Source: Lobosporangium transversale (Eukaryota). From it: a stretch of DNA of 64,000 bases. Numbering within the stretch: the stretch's first letter is position 1; each line of letters opens with the position of its first letter. The notes under the pieces are model-generated. The model did not search any database. It had not been told where the DNA came from and saw only the letters and a program-made list of their open reading frames with translations. A program made the translations under genes and the position numbers. Shown here in pieces: positions 1 to 13,100 of the stretch. The stretch covers positions 434,001 to 498,000 of the forward strand of contig NW_019028998.1 of assembly GCF_002105155.1 (NCBI RefSeq), read 5' to 3'.

Positions 1-439
1 GGATAAAGCTATTTGCGCGACTCGTACACCCCTTATTTGTACCACCCCCGTGCAAATAAAAATAAAAACTATTTGCAAGGCGTCTTTATTTCATCTACAA
101 GCGGCAACGTGTATCCTACAGACTACATTATTCTAGCTTTTTTATTTCGAATGAAATAAACAAAGATGAGTCTAGAGTAGTCTAGAAGTATTACTGTTGG
201 AAGTTGCAGTGCCGTAGGAGCCGCGATACTCATCGCGTTCTGTTGCATATTCCACAGTATGCAATATTATGGTAGAAAAAAATTAGGGTAAAAAACACTA
301 ATGCGCTAAAAAGATTAGCAGTAGAAATTAGTGGCAATAACGCGCCACACATAGACGCGATAAATCTTTGATTTGAAGTTTTTAAAACGAATTTTTGTCA
401 TCCTATAGATAGATACGTAATTACCTCCACCAGAAAATG

Positions 440-1611
440 AATAAATGCCCCATGGGTGTGATGTGTAGACCCATATCCTGTTCTCACTTACTTTTCTATC
501 TACAAAATATTTTAACGCTCTATTCCGCTCTACAGTCACCCGAAAGAAAGTCTGGTCAGAGTTTTTTTTTTTTTGAATTCCTGACAAGCAGCTCATTTGT
601 GATATACAAAAATACTTCACCACCCAAGATGGAATTTACACTTTTATTAATGAGGCCAATGTGGATAATCACTGAAGTTTTTGGGCAGTACATGCTGATT
701 GAAGAGTACTTCTCTTTAAAATTTTATTTTTTGAGCAAACTTTCTTTCAGGTGATTGTACAATATGAAGCTCTACATGTGCTGCTGAGTATGCGACACTG
801 CGTGCTTCAGACGACCCAAGGCAGGTTCTGACTATTTTATTGGTGAAAAATCAACCCTGATAATAATAAACTTGGAATGTAATGAGACAAAAATAAGGAT
901 CTTTATCAATGTAACAAAAAAGAGTGTTTTGGTCTCTTCGCTATCACTATTCTATTAAAGTATTTTAGCTATTTAGATATAGGGATATAGGTAATTATAG
1001 CACGATCGGCTTTGAGTGAGAACTGCCACCAACTATCAAAAGATTAGTAATCTCTCGGGTTACAAACGGGTGAGAGGATAAACATTCCACAAAATAAATT
1101 GAGGTCTACCCATTGCATTTTGGTGAATTTAAACAAAATTTAGTACCGAGGAAACACACTCAAACGCGTCGCTTCTGTTAAAAACCATGTTGTAATCTAT
1201 ATTTCTGTATGCATATATTTTCTCAACTATCCAATTCACACACCCACACATCAAAAGATTGCCCTCTTTCTCGCTCTCCCATCCATCTACAAGACGCACT
1301 GTACAACATCACCAACAAGGTACCACCCAGCAAGAAGAGGGTGATTAAATAGCTTTTACCTCCAAGCAATAAACACAATCAACAATGTCGCTCCTATTTC
1401 CACCATTGATGCCGAAATCTGAGAGCCAATGAATATCTAACGCACGCAAATGTACTGAAGGTGTTGAAACAAAGAGCAACATCTGAATCCATTTTCTGAT
1501 AAAAATAAAACAGTCCATGCATTCACTGATGAAAAGTTTTTGGCAGACAAGATAAATAGTAGAGTAAGAACAAGATGTAGGTCTACATACCATACCCATG
1601 GGGTATTTATT
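440..1611. repeat. Degenerate repeat: ~62 bp unit at 440-501 (+), inverted copy at 1550-1611, weaker inverted copy at ~1045-1132
   Basis: 440-501 aataaatgccccatgggtgtgatgtgtagacccatatcctgttctcacttacttttctatct aligns with the reverse complement of 1550-1611, aataaataccccatgggtatggtatgtagacctacatcttgttcttactctactatttatct. Differences are mostly transitions. Confidence 0.7.
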
Positions 1612-2042
1612 GAAGTTTTTATCATATTTATCAGAGCATATTAAAAGCATAGCTACAGGTCTGTGTACGAGAAACATAGAGAGAGGTATGTTCAGAAAAA
1701 GTATAAAATGTGCGTCATTAATACAGGATGAATGTCCATAAGCACAAGAAAAGTATTTTCTTTAATCTTTTATGCAATGGGCGCCCTGTAAAGAATGCAA
1801 CAACTGTCTCCATCCCTGTGAGAAATTATAATTTACTATTTTCTTTCGACCTTGAACGTAACTCAGGCAAAGCATTAGATTTTCCAACAAGACAAGAGCC
1901 GACCGCGGCGAGGCCATGATCTTTGGCTCGTTTATTTTATTTCTTTGGCATTTATAATATCATGAGGTTTTATATGTGCTGTGCCTTGTGTGTATACTTG
2001 AATGCTTTCCTGAGGAGGTTGACACTGACAAATATGCAAATG

Positions 2043-5000
2043 CTATGGTGTGACATCGGATACTTCATTCGTCGACTGCGACACAGTTGTTGTGGTTACA
2101 GTCGTTGTTGTTACTGACGTTGCAATGATCTCTTCCTCCGCCTCTGCCTCCATCGCAGCCCCATAACGCTCCACATAGGCCTTAACCTCCATCTCCTCTG
2201 CCTGATCAAGTGACAGTGGGTCCTCGTCCATAAAATGCTCATTGAGCTCGTTATGGTCCTCAACCATGCTATCACCTTCCTTTCCTGTTGGTTGACTGGA
2301 GAGTCGAAGCGATTTTTGCAGCTCTAAAATTTCTTGCTCCGCCTGCAGATAGTTCTCTGTATTTCCAAACAAGCTCTCGTGATCTGGGATACTCATGTTG
2401 TGATCTAAGCACTGATCATGGTCATGGTCCTTGTCATCATGATCATGATCCTTGTCAATCCCAACAAATGTACCTACGATATTAAAGTCATGATTACGCT
2501 CCTCAGAATGGTTTGGCTCAAAATTAGGTGATGGTGGCACATAGACTGAATCTTGTTGCTGTTGCTGGAGAGGCGAGTAAAGCGAGTGGGGTGAATGGGG
2601 GGAACGAGGCGACAATGGCGACAATGGTGCAGGAGAAAATCCTGCCAAATTGGCTGTGCTGTCATCGCCCGATAGGCCGTGATATTGTGGCTGTGACGAG
2701 TGTGTCCTGCTGGGCTGTCCTTCAGAAGGATGTGCATCCTCCATGCTATTGTTAGAGGAGGTATCCAAGGAAACCTGAGCCATGAATGTGGGTGATAGAG
2801 GGGTTTCTAGAGCACCGCTGACAACACCAGTAGCACCTGCAAGAGACTCTTCTGGTGGCTGAGACATGGGTGGCGTCGAATGTCTAGCCTCAGGAGAAGG
2901 GCAGGATTCTGGGGGTGATGACCCTAATTGGGAATTCGTTTGACTTCTGAAAGTTGAGAAGAGATAGTCGTGGTTGGGAGGATGAACGGTAGTGGGTGAT
3001 GTGGAAGAGGAAGAGGCAGGGGAGACAGTGGTCGTCGAGGTAGCGGTGGACGTTGAGGCTGTGCTTGCATTGGAGCTAGCAGAGACAGAAGATGATATGG
3101 ATCCATAAGCATGAAACCCACTGTGACCTAAATCTGCGGTAGCTCTTCTCGTGGCACCGTTCAATCCCATCCGCATGTGGGTCTCTGCAGCGCGACGGCT
3201 CGCCATCTCAGCTTTCAGGTTCGCTGCATAGGCCTTGGCTCGCTCACTAGCGCTCATTGGTTGGTGTTCGCGGTCAGCAGAAGCAGTAGGATGATTGGAG
3301 AGCACTGATGCCCGATTAGATTTTGAAACGGGCTCTGTCTTGGAAAACCGACTCTGTGATGAGCTTGGTCGAGTTGTTTTTGAGCCGTCAGCACTATAAG
3401 GAGCAGGAGGAACGACCCTTTGAGGTCCTCCGTTAGTTGCCAAATTGATGGAAGGAGAACGCTGGGTAGTTGTTAACGCGTTGCTACTGAATGAGCGGTT
3501 TCTTTGAGATGATAAACGATGGGCACCATGTCCTGATGATCCTTCAGACAAGTCTGTCAGCGAGCCAGTCCTACTAGCTGGTCCATGGTTTCGTGTCAAG
3601 GTATGTGTAGTGTGATGATGGAGATGCTGCTGTGACAAGGGTCCATGCGACTGCTGAGCTTGTGTTCCGTGGTGCAAATAGGAGTGGCTCGATTGAGATG
3701 TATGCTGAGATGAATGCGTAGGCGGTTTAAAGTTACTTGATGATGATGATGATGATGATGAGCTATGGTCAACCAAAGACACTGTTCTAGAGCGAACAGG
3801 CCCAACTCTGCTTGGTGGTCTATTGAGTCCCGCAGTGAGTTCGCGGCTGGACTGGTGACGTGGCAACTCTCCTCCATCTATTGAACGACCTGTACTTGAC
3901 GCCAGGCGGCTAGACACGGTTGCTCTTGACTGCGGTCCAGATGATCTTGTGTCAGGAAGTAAATACTTGAGTACATTTGCTGGCAATGTTGCTGTAAGTC
4001 TATAAAAAAAGAAAAGAAAAAAGAGCGAATTGTCAAAAATGAGTTAATAATACGATGAGCAAATAGATATGAGCCAGTAGAACGAAAAAAAAAAAAAAAA
4101 AAAAAAAAAAAAGCATATTCTGCAGTAGCAAGATCATAGATCCATGATAATAGAGAGGTATTAAAAAAAAAAAATGGGAAGGCGGGACAACAGCACAAAC
4201 AACACATACATGCATACAAAAGATGTAATCAGGTGTTGTTTAATATTATCCTCGATCCCAATAAAAAAAAGAGGGGTATTATTGTGTTGTACTGTCCTGC
4301 ATGCTTACTTACATCTGTGATCTCTCTGGAAACTTTTCTGCATAGACCTTGTACGATTTTCTGCTTGTGTCTCTGACCTCTGGTGCTGCATCGGACACAC
4401 CTTCCTTCAAAATCGGTTCAAACGCATGGAGATGAGGCTCCAATTCCTGAGAAGAGAATTGCGTGATGCAGCTAGCAATAATCCCAATGCATGCGATCCT
4501 GAGTGTCTTGTTGTTGGTTGCAAACGCACTGCATGCTCTAGGTAAGGGAACAACATTACCTGCGTTGATCATGCTGTTGAGGGCCTTGAGAGAGCGTGAA
4601 ACCATGACCTTGTTAGTCCTAGCACAGACTTTGAGTAAAGGATTTGTGAATAGGTCAGGGAAGTGTATTCCAAAGTCGCGACCCATCGCTGTCGACAACT
4701 TTTCAACCAGTTCACATGCCGCTCCTGATAAACGAGTGCGTTCTGTAAGGAGCTGGAAATGGATGTCATAGCACAAAGTTTACAAAAAAAAAAAAAAAAA
4801 AAAAAGGTTTATTAGTACCACAAGAAAAAAAAAAAAAAAAAAGTCAAAAGAGAGAAGCTAAAAAGAAAACACGAGACTTTTGTTTATTGTTATTCATGAA
4901 TGCCTTTCCGAAGACTTATACTTACACATTCAGCAAAAGCCTTTCGATGATTCTTAATGAAAACAATGTACTCATTGTTCTGAGCTATACCCGAGTGGCA

Positions 5001-5120
5001 TGCGGCTCCTAAGGTCTTTAAAGTAGCCTCTTTGGCGGCCCAGTTATGTTCAGTCTCTGGCTGGCTGAGGATATTGTCCAGCTCATGATAGTTGAGATGT
5101 TGAGATGTAGTAGCAAGCAT
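2043..5120 (-). CDS. CLASP_N (TOG/HEAT) domain protein, Stu1/CLASP-like, with a long disordered Ser/His-rich tail. Exons 5120-4926, 4752-4313, 3999-2043
   Basis: ETEHNW, ERTRLSGAACELV, LLKVCARTNKV and GVSDAAPEVRDTSR are typical CLASP_N motifs. GT-AG junctions keep the frame. Confidence 0.8.
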
Positions 5121-5711
5121 GGCCGAATGTTATATTTTGACGAGAGGAGAGAGAAAGAAAGAACAGGATAGATCGCCTAGAATAAAGGACTTTAAAAAGA
5201 GAAGAGTACAGCGAGTAGACGAAAGGGAGAACGGAAAAAAAAAAAAGAAAAGAAATAAGAAAAAGCGGGAAATGAGAAAGACAAGTCAAGGCAAGCAGCA
5301 GGTGGTCTAGCAACAAAAGCAAGAGGCACAGGCAGATTGTTTAAGGAGTAGAAGAGGATCGTGAAGGGGGTTGAATGTTATTGAGCAGAAGCAAGCATTG
5401 CAGCAATTATAGTTGTTGATTGGTTAACGTTGGTTATTGGAATGGGATGGATTATAACAGACAATGGAGAAAGAAAAAAAACTTTGTATAAAAAGAGTAA
5501 AAGTGTGAGCGAGAGAGCAAAAAAAAAGCGGGAAATGTGAGCTTGGTCACGTTACTCACGTATTTATGAATGCTCCATTGTTTAATGCATCGCAAAATTC
5601 GGTTATTGTCTCCATTCTTTATTCTTGATTCCTCACTGAAGTAACGGGAGGGCAAGAAAGCCACTCATTCCTTACTCTTCTCTATCATTAATTTAAGTAA
5701 CGATATAACAG

Positions 5712-6881
5712 ATGCGTGTGAGGATCTCCTCGCGCTCTGTCGCAACTTCAATTAGATCGTCTGTTTCTTCAAATGTCAATAAAGCCTTTTCCCCAGTTGC
5801 AGTTCAAGAACTAACTTCATTCTTCCGTGATCATGGGCCTAATATCACAGTTCTCACAGGTGCAGGTGTCTCCACAGACTCTGCGATCCCAGACTACCGT
5901 GGTGAGAATGGCACATACACCCTTAATCCAGATTACAAACCTATATTCTATCAGGCCTTTGTAGCCTCCAATGAAGCTCGCCATCGCTACTGGGCTCGAT
6001 CCTTCTTTGGATTTCCTCCCATCATGACCACCCAACCCAACCCAACTCATTTTGCTCTCACCGCGCTTCAGCAACCTACTCGGTTCTCGCCTCCTTCAAT
6101 CAGCCCAGGTCCTCTTCCTGCTGAAAATATAGGTCATGACTCGAAGAGTCTACAAGAGAATGAAGCCCAGAGATACAAAAAAAGTGGATATATTCGAACC
6201 CTAATCACTCAGAACGTGGATGGACTGCACCAAAAGGCAGGAACGACCGATGTGGTTGAGCTGCATGGATCACTGCATCGCGTTCAATGTATGAGTTGTG
6301 AACATGAACAAGATCGATCTGAATTCCAAAAGATTCTTGCAGATATGAATCCAGAATGGGACGCACTGCTTCAGAGTCAGACGTCCTCCAGTCTCTATTC
6401 GAGGATGAATGCCGATGGAGATGTTGAGCTTTTGACACCCGAACAGCAACAACAACAGCAACAGCAACAGCACCAACAAACGCGTAACAAATTACTTGAC
6501 TATCGCTCATTCCGGTATCCAACATGCTCACATTGTGGATCTGGCCATTACAAACCCAACGTTGTCTTCTTTGGCGAAAATGTCCCTGTTCGTGTCAAGG
6601 AGCATACCTATCAAGCAATATTGGAATCCGATGGTCTCTTGATCATTGGGTCTTCTTTGGCTACCTATTCTGCATTTCGCCTTGTCAAGTTGGCAAAAGA
6701 TACGGGTCTTCCGATTGCCATAATCAATCTTGGTCCATCTCGTGGTGATCCATTGGCAAGCTTACGGTATGATGTACCAAGTACTCCATTACTTAGGGCT
6801 GTTGCAGATCAGCTTGGATTGGGCCCTATTCCTGGCGAAATCAAACACCGCAAACGCTCATTGAACGTCGTTGGATCATAA
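5712..6881 (+). CDS. NAD-dependent sirtuin, class II (SIRT4-like), probably mitochondrial; single exon
   Basis: VLTGAGVSTDSAIPDYRG, RYWARS, ITQNVDGLHQKAG, ELHGS, two CxxC pairs, NADGDVEL, KPNVVFFGENVP and GSSLATYSAFR. The N-terminus is Arg/Ser-rich. Confidence 0.93.
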   Translation: MRVRISSRSVATSIRSSVSSNVNKAFSPVAVQELTSFFRDHGPNITVLTGAGVSTDSAIPDYRGENGTYTLNPDYKPIFYQAFVASNEARHRYWARSFFGFPPIMTTQPNPTHFALTALQQPTRFSPPSISPGPLPAENIGHDSKSLQENEAQRYKKSGYIRTLITQNVDGLHQKAGTTDVVELHGSLHRVQCMSCEHEQDRSEFQKILADMNPEWDALLQSQTSSSLYSRMNADGDVELLTPEQQQQQQQQQHQQTRNKLLDYRSFRYPTCSHCGSGHYKPNVVFFGENVPVRVKEHTYQAILESDGLLIIGSSLATYSAFRLVKLAKDTGLPIAIINLGPSRGDPLASLRYDVPSTPLLRAVADQLGLGPIPGEIKHRKRSLNVVGS

Positions 6882-7032
6882 TTAAATAGCTGATCAAATA
6901 ACTTTATCACACCTTTGTAATACTAGAATGTATAACTATTATAATAGAAAAGATTATGAATGGATGAACTTTATATGCAGAATGGATGGAATAAGTATAA
7001 TAGAGTAGGGCGAAGTGAAGGGACATGATATT

Positions 7033-8282
7033 TTACGGTGAAAAGCTGTTGTCAGCATTACTCTGAACCAGAGAACGTTTGTTGTTGCTGTTGTTATTGC
7101 TGCTGTTATTGCTGCTGCGGGACAACCAGAGTCTGGAAGGAGTGACTTGCCCAACGATTCCCACCGCAATCATACCCATTCCCAGCGCAAAGACCCATTC
7201 ATGGTTGGCAAAATTGGTCTTCATCCAATTGGTCAATACGCTCAACCAAAATGTCCCCCACATCAATACAATCGACACATAGCCTGCCACACGATGAATT
7301 CTCAAAACCCGTGCATAGCCAATACATGAAAACATCCGCCGAGGTGCATAAGCGACCAGAACGCCGAATAAGACTTGTAGAAAGAAAACAGCAACGGCGG
7401 CACACCCGAGAAGAGCATGGTTTGTGTGAAAATGGACTTTCTTTTTTAGATCCTTGTTCCTATAAATTGCCACGAATCCTATTAAAGAGAATATCAAAGC
7501 CAAAATTTGCAAAATTCCGTGCACTGTCCGTGCAGCTCTCTTTTGCGATGCTTTCTCAATTGGCTGAAGCAGTAAAATGCCTAAAAGACAGTAAAAGACA
7601 GATGAGGTCATGTAATCAATCAAACATTTGAATGTGAACAATGGGAAACGAATTGGAGGAGATGATATTCAGAGAAAATAGTCCATTCATGCAAGGGTTT
7701 TTTATATTTACCTTCGGTGGCAACGAAGCCATAAAGGCCCATACAGATAGGATGCCATGAGTATGGATAGACCCATGGTGCTTTAGCGGTGACACCTGCC
7801 AAAGTTCCAAAGAAGATCAAGAGTCCAAGCTGAGCAGCAATTGCAAGCAACATCTGGAGATAATGAAGGCGATGACCACGACGGCGTTGAGTCAGGGGGC
7901 TTGTAGAAGGAGATATGGGAGAGTTCTCTTGGTCGTCAGGCAAGAGCGAGGAAATGGAGGAAGCAGATGACGCCAGACCTCCTGGATGGTCGCCGTCTTG
8001 GTCAGAGTCAGAATCAGAGTCAAAGGGAGATTTTGTATTCTTTTTACTCTTGCCCTTGTTCCTATTGTTATTGGAGGAGTTGTCGTTGTTGCAATGGCTA
8101 TCGATTTGCTTCAAGGGTGAGTATGATCTGTTGACAGAGCGGTAGTCTAAACGAGGCGAACGTGAAGGAGAGCGTGAGGACGCTGGCTGCTGCTGCTGCT
8201 GGGCTGAGGCAGCAGAAGCGAGGAAGGGAGTGCTCTCATTTTCGTGGCCATGGTTGGCGTCGGCTTGGTGCAGATGGTGCAT
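7033..8282 (-). CDS. Eukaryotic cytochrome b561 domain membrane protein (CYB561D-like). Exons 8282-7712, 7580-7033
   Basis: SWHPICMGL..ATEGILLLQP, VHGILQ, HFHTNHALLG and IHRVAGY supply the heme-ligand histidines in transmembrane helices. The splice is in frame. Confidence 0.88.
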
Positions 8283-8916
8283 TGTGTGGCTTAAATGACA
8301 CCTTTTGCCAACATTAGAAACGAAAGGAGTTTGTCAGTTTAATCACAAACTGGAAGCGCAATAAAAAAAAAAAAAAAAAAAATAGTCGTTACACCAGCAT
8401 ATAACCATGGGAAAGTGGGAAAATGAAAAATAGACAATAATAAAATACAATCTGATGCCATCCTGGGATTAGAGAGCAGGTAAGGATGACTATTCGATTT
8501 TAATGGAGAGTTCGTTTTTATTTTTGAATGCGGTCAGTCTTTCCCCTACCCCCTCTTTTTATGCGTGATACACCTCTCCCTTGCTTCTCATGGCCTCCTA
8601 TTCCTTGCTGGTTTAGACTTTTTTTTTTTTTTTTTTTTTTTCTTCAATGGTCATGTTATTTCAATCCAAAACAAGGCTTCTTGTCCACTTTGCATACGTA
8701 ATGAAAGGAAAGGCAAAAGAGTAGTACGGGAATAGGAAGCTGTGAGGCTGACTATTCCACATTTTCAAAAATTCAAAACAACCTCGGGAGTCTCCGTATA
8801 CTCATGTGCCTGATCTTTTTATTATAAATTCGCTATTTCTCATTTGCTGTTCATTCATTTCATTCATCATGAGAATGTTTGACAGATGAACTTGATTCCA
8901 ACACACATATCTCGAA

Positions 8917-8951
<35 letters not shown>

Positions 8952-10018
8952 AAAAAAATCATGCTCCTAAAAAATAAAAGGATTACCTGAGTCAATGCGA
9001 TAGAAAAGGCGGCTTTGCGCTAAGAAAAAAAAAAGGGACAGGAGAAAGAAAGAGAAGTATGAAGAGGAAAGAAAATGAAAAAAAAGGAGGAGTAAAAAAG
9101 AAAAGAAAGTGAATGAACAAAGCAAATAAGAAGGATCTGATAACTCTTTCAATGAAACATCGCCCAGACAGGAACAGCGTCAGTCTGTTTTTTTCTTGCT
9201 TTGCAAGTGATCTTATCAGATGTAACATGCATCCAATTAGGCATAGTCCACACACTAAAAAAGAAACGATCTGTCATTCTGTGCTCACATTGCGGGCACT
9301 GTAATGTACATTTGCTGGTATGGACTTTGAACATCCGAACAGTCAGACAGACCTCGTTTTTTTGATATTCTCGGTGCAAATTCGAACTAAACACTCCAAT
9401 TCCACATAATTGAATATGTAACCCCATTTCCCCCAAACATCTCTGTCATGTTTAATTGAAAAATGAAAAATGAAAAAAGAAGGCGACCCAAAGCTGACTT
9501 GAGGTCTTTGCATGGTTCTCGTCGTGATCAGAACTAGGTTTGAAATTCTTCCGTCCCAAGTTGCGTTGCGCTTTAGACAAGCTAAATAGCGTAAGAGTAT
9601 CCCCACGTGAGTCTTTTTCTTTCTTAGTCATAGTCATCTCAGGTTCGATCTGTCCCCGCAAAATGGACCCCCCCGTTTGAACAACACAGACGCGATTAAC
9701 ATTCCTGGATAGTGAATATTCACAATCCATATGAACATGTATGCTGCTTGTTTGTTTGTTTGTATTGTTTGTTCAAAAGAGATTCATGATCAATGTTAAT
9801 ATGCATGTGTTATTTTGGCAGATACCTCTTTAGGCAGGCCACAGCCTATCGGTGCTCTCTTTGAAAAATAGCAACTTCGCCAAACAAAGGCACACAAGCT
9901 CACTCATTTGCTTGACACTTTACTATACCTTTTCAATTCCTCCCTTCCCTCATCCTCATTCTTTAATCTTCATTCATTTCAACTTTTACTTTTCGTAAAT
10001 TTCGTAAATTTCAAGGAG

Positions 10019-10055
<37 letters not shown>

Positions 10056-10107
10056 TTTCATTTATTAATTTTTTTTTATTTTTTCAAAAAAAAAAAAAAA
10101 AAAAGCT

Positions 10108-13100
10108 ATGCACAGAACAATGGTCAGGCATGCTTCGGCGCACTCTAACTTCCTATACTCAAACGCGAATCCAGACTCAGCTTTTAACCCTGACTCTTCT
10201 GACTCCAGCTCTGACTCTGACTCTAATGCGGAGGCACAAACTATCCAGCATGTTGTCAATGGCGAAACTCTATCCTTTCAAGTGCCTGTCCGGACCGACT
10301 CGGCCTCAAAAGGGCCTGTTGTCATGCTAGAGCCCATCATCGATATCTTTCCAGAAACCATTGCCTTACGAAGACCAGACGGGAGCTCAATCCCTTTCCT
10401 TGTCTCTTCAGAAGATGTCTTGTAAATTCCAAAAAATTATGAAAAAAATAGAGCGCGCCACTCTTCGTGAATTTGTTCTCATATTCACCTTTTATGTCCT
10501 CATGCCGACTATGACCATTGCTTAGGTTGGTACCCATGCGAGTAGCCTATTGTCCTGGTGAAACTCTGCATGTAGTGCCTGGCTCAACTCCCTCACCTGT
10601 CGCATTGTCCGAATTAGAGAGATCTTCCCTGTCAATCCAGAGCCGGTTGGAATCTTCTTCAACTTCAACACTAGCATCAAATCAGGAGTCGCTAGATATC
10701 TTTGCTGGTACCTGCACTCGCAGAACTCAAGCTCAATATATGGCAAGGGGGCATGATGGCTTGTCCTTTGAAAGATATGCAGCAGAACTAATGAGAAACG
10801 GCGTGCATCATCCTTCGTCATACAATCCGATATCATTACCAGAAAACCCTGACCACTCTAACGATGAAGAGGATTTGTTTAGGTTTCTCGAAATGCGAGC
10901 CATTTTAGAAAACAGCAACAGCGACAGTGATGCTGATGGTGACGATAACAGTGCTGGGAACGAAGATATTTTCAACCATCTCAACGACATTAGAAACAAT
11001 GATTTCAACAGTAATCTAGAGACTGTGGAAAATTATCCATCAGCTGAATTAACTGCTTTAGGAGCAGCTTTGGTATCACAATCCTTACCCTTATCAGAAC
11101 AGGCAGTCCCTCGATTATTTATCATTCTTCCAGACCTCAAACCACGGAGCAACTGGGGAGGAGTAGGGGAACCGCGGTCGTCGCAAACATTTCGACTCTA
11201 TTTTCTATGTGACTGTGGGCCAGGGGCGACGTTCCCTGCGGATCGAGATTCAATCTCTGTCGGCACTGACGAAAACACCTCAACCAGTCATCCATTTGAT
11301 AGGAATGATGGTTGCAGCGATACTGATACAGCAGATCACATTGATTTACGAAACTGTATTCATATCGCGAATCAATCTGGTTATCAGGTCTTGGACCTCA
11401 AGCAGTTCACAGAACAGTTTGGCCTATATACACTCTTAATCCTTCGACTTTTTCAACAAGGGCTCAATACTACTGCTGCTAAGAGAGGCCGTATTCCGCA
11501 GTCAAAGATCGCTATTCCACCCCTCTCTCAAAGACATTACACAGACGTACTTGCACCCTTCACCTGGGAGATTGAGGAACGGGTTTCAACAGCCATCAAG
11601 GCTCTTGAGGAGATGATGGTTTCTTTCCTTTCTATGGAGGGTAATATTCTCTCTGCTCTATTATCTTTGAATATCGAAGAAGGGGTCCCTTTGGTTGATA
11701 TACATCGGCTGTGGGAATGCGTTGAAGGACTCCGGATTGGAGGGAGCTACCATGTAGAAGGTATGCGTCGCGCATTTGTCCACGATGGTACGATTCGTTG
11801 GATTTGCTCCAACCACTTTCAGAGCACATTTAATTACATGCACGAAGACCGTGATATCCTTCTTTGGCGATGTAAAGAAATTCTGGGGGATGATCAAGGC
11901 GACAATATCAGCAAACAACTAAGCAATAACCAAGGCCCAAATGACGATCCATATGATGACAATGACGACGACTTTCGGCATACGGCTGGTACCGAAAAGG
12001 CAGTCGTATTCGATGATCAGACACAGCACCTAAGACTCTCTGGGCTCACATCGGTGAAACAAGTCAATGAACTCGAAAATGTTCTTGAGAACGGTTACAT
12101 GATTCAACAGGTGACCTTGGTATCGACTTTTGCAAGTGACAACTTAGTTATGGCTTTGATTGACATGATCTCGACATCTAAAATTAGCCTCTGGGCCCTC
12201 ACTCTTGCTCCAGACTTACAGCTACAACAAGGGGTTGACAACAACGACTCCACCGTGGAATACATCAGGGCAAAAGCACTTAAGCGAAGGTCCATTATTC
12301 TCCCACGCTATTCGCAGAACGCCGATCACGATCCTCTTCACTTTAATGGCACTACAGAAGCAGGGGCAATACATTTACCGAGCAATGGTAGCAATAGTAG
12401 TTGCAACGGCAGGAATAGGGATAGTGTCCCGCAATTTGGCAGCACATCATCACAACGACAGCTTCAGGGAGGGCTTCAACCTATTTGTAACGCATTTGTT
12501 CTGCAACAGATTCAAACTCTCCAAATACCAGATCTTGATCGTGGACTCTTCACAGGGTTGGACCCTAGTCCAGGCGATTTTCCACATCTTCGTATACTAG
12601 AGTTGTGGGGATCTGATGCCTCGGGTCTACAGCGTGTTAATAGCCATAACATAGGCGGTGGTGAAGGCAATAGCGCTATGTGCACAGTATCTTCAATCAA
12701 CAAGCCCTGGAACACACAGGGATTAGGTTCGCTCATAAGAGCGTTCTCCAACTTGAAAGAGCTACATATCACCGGTATCGACCTTGGAATCAATATGATT
12801 ATAAGCACTGTAGATGATGCCAATATTAGCGCCGCTCTCTTGACAAGATTAACAAGGCATCCTGCACAACTCCTCGAGATTGCTCAATCATTACTTTACT
12901 TGCCAAGGTTATCTGTCTTGGAGTTATCTTCTTGTGGATTACGACGGGAGCATTGTTCGACTTTGGCTGCATCTCTAAATCTGCTGGAAAATCGAATTAC
13001 ACATCTAGATATCCACAACAATCCTAATCTGGATGATGAAGGACTGGCAGAATTGATCTGGGCGATAGGTCGAAAGTTGTATCTGTTGGATGCTCGGCAC

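Noticed and set aside
9635..9665. ggttcgatc, like a tRNA T-loop
   Set aside because: No cloverleaf stems or A box.
9908..10330. Many poly-Phe or poly-Lys ORFs throughout the track (example given)
   Set aside because: Artefacts of translating homopolymer tracts.
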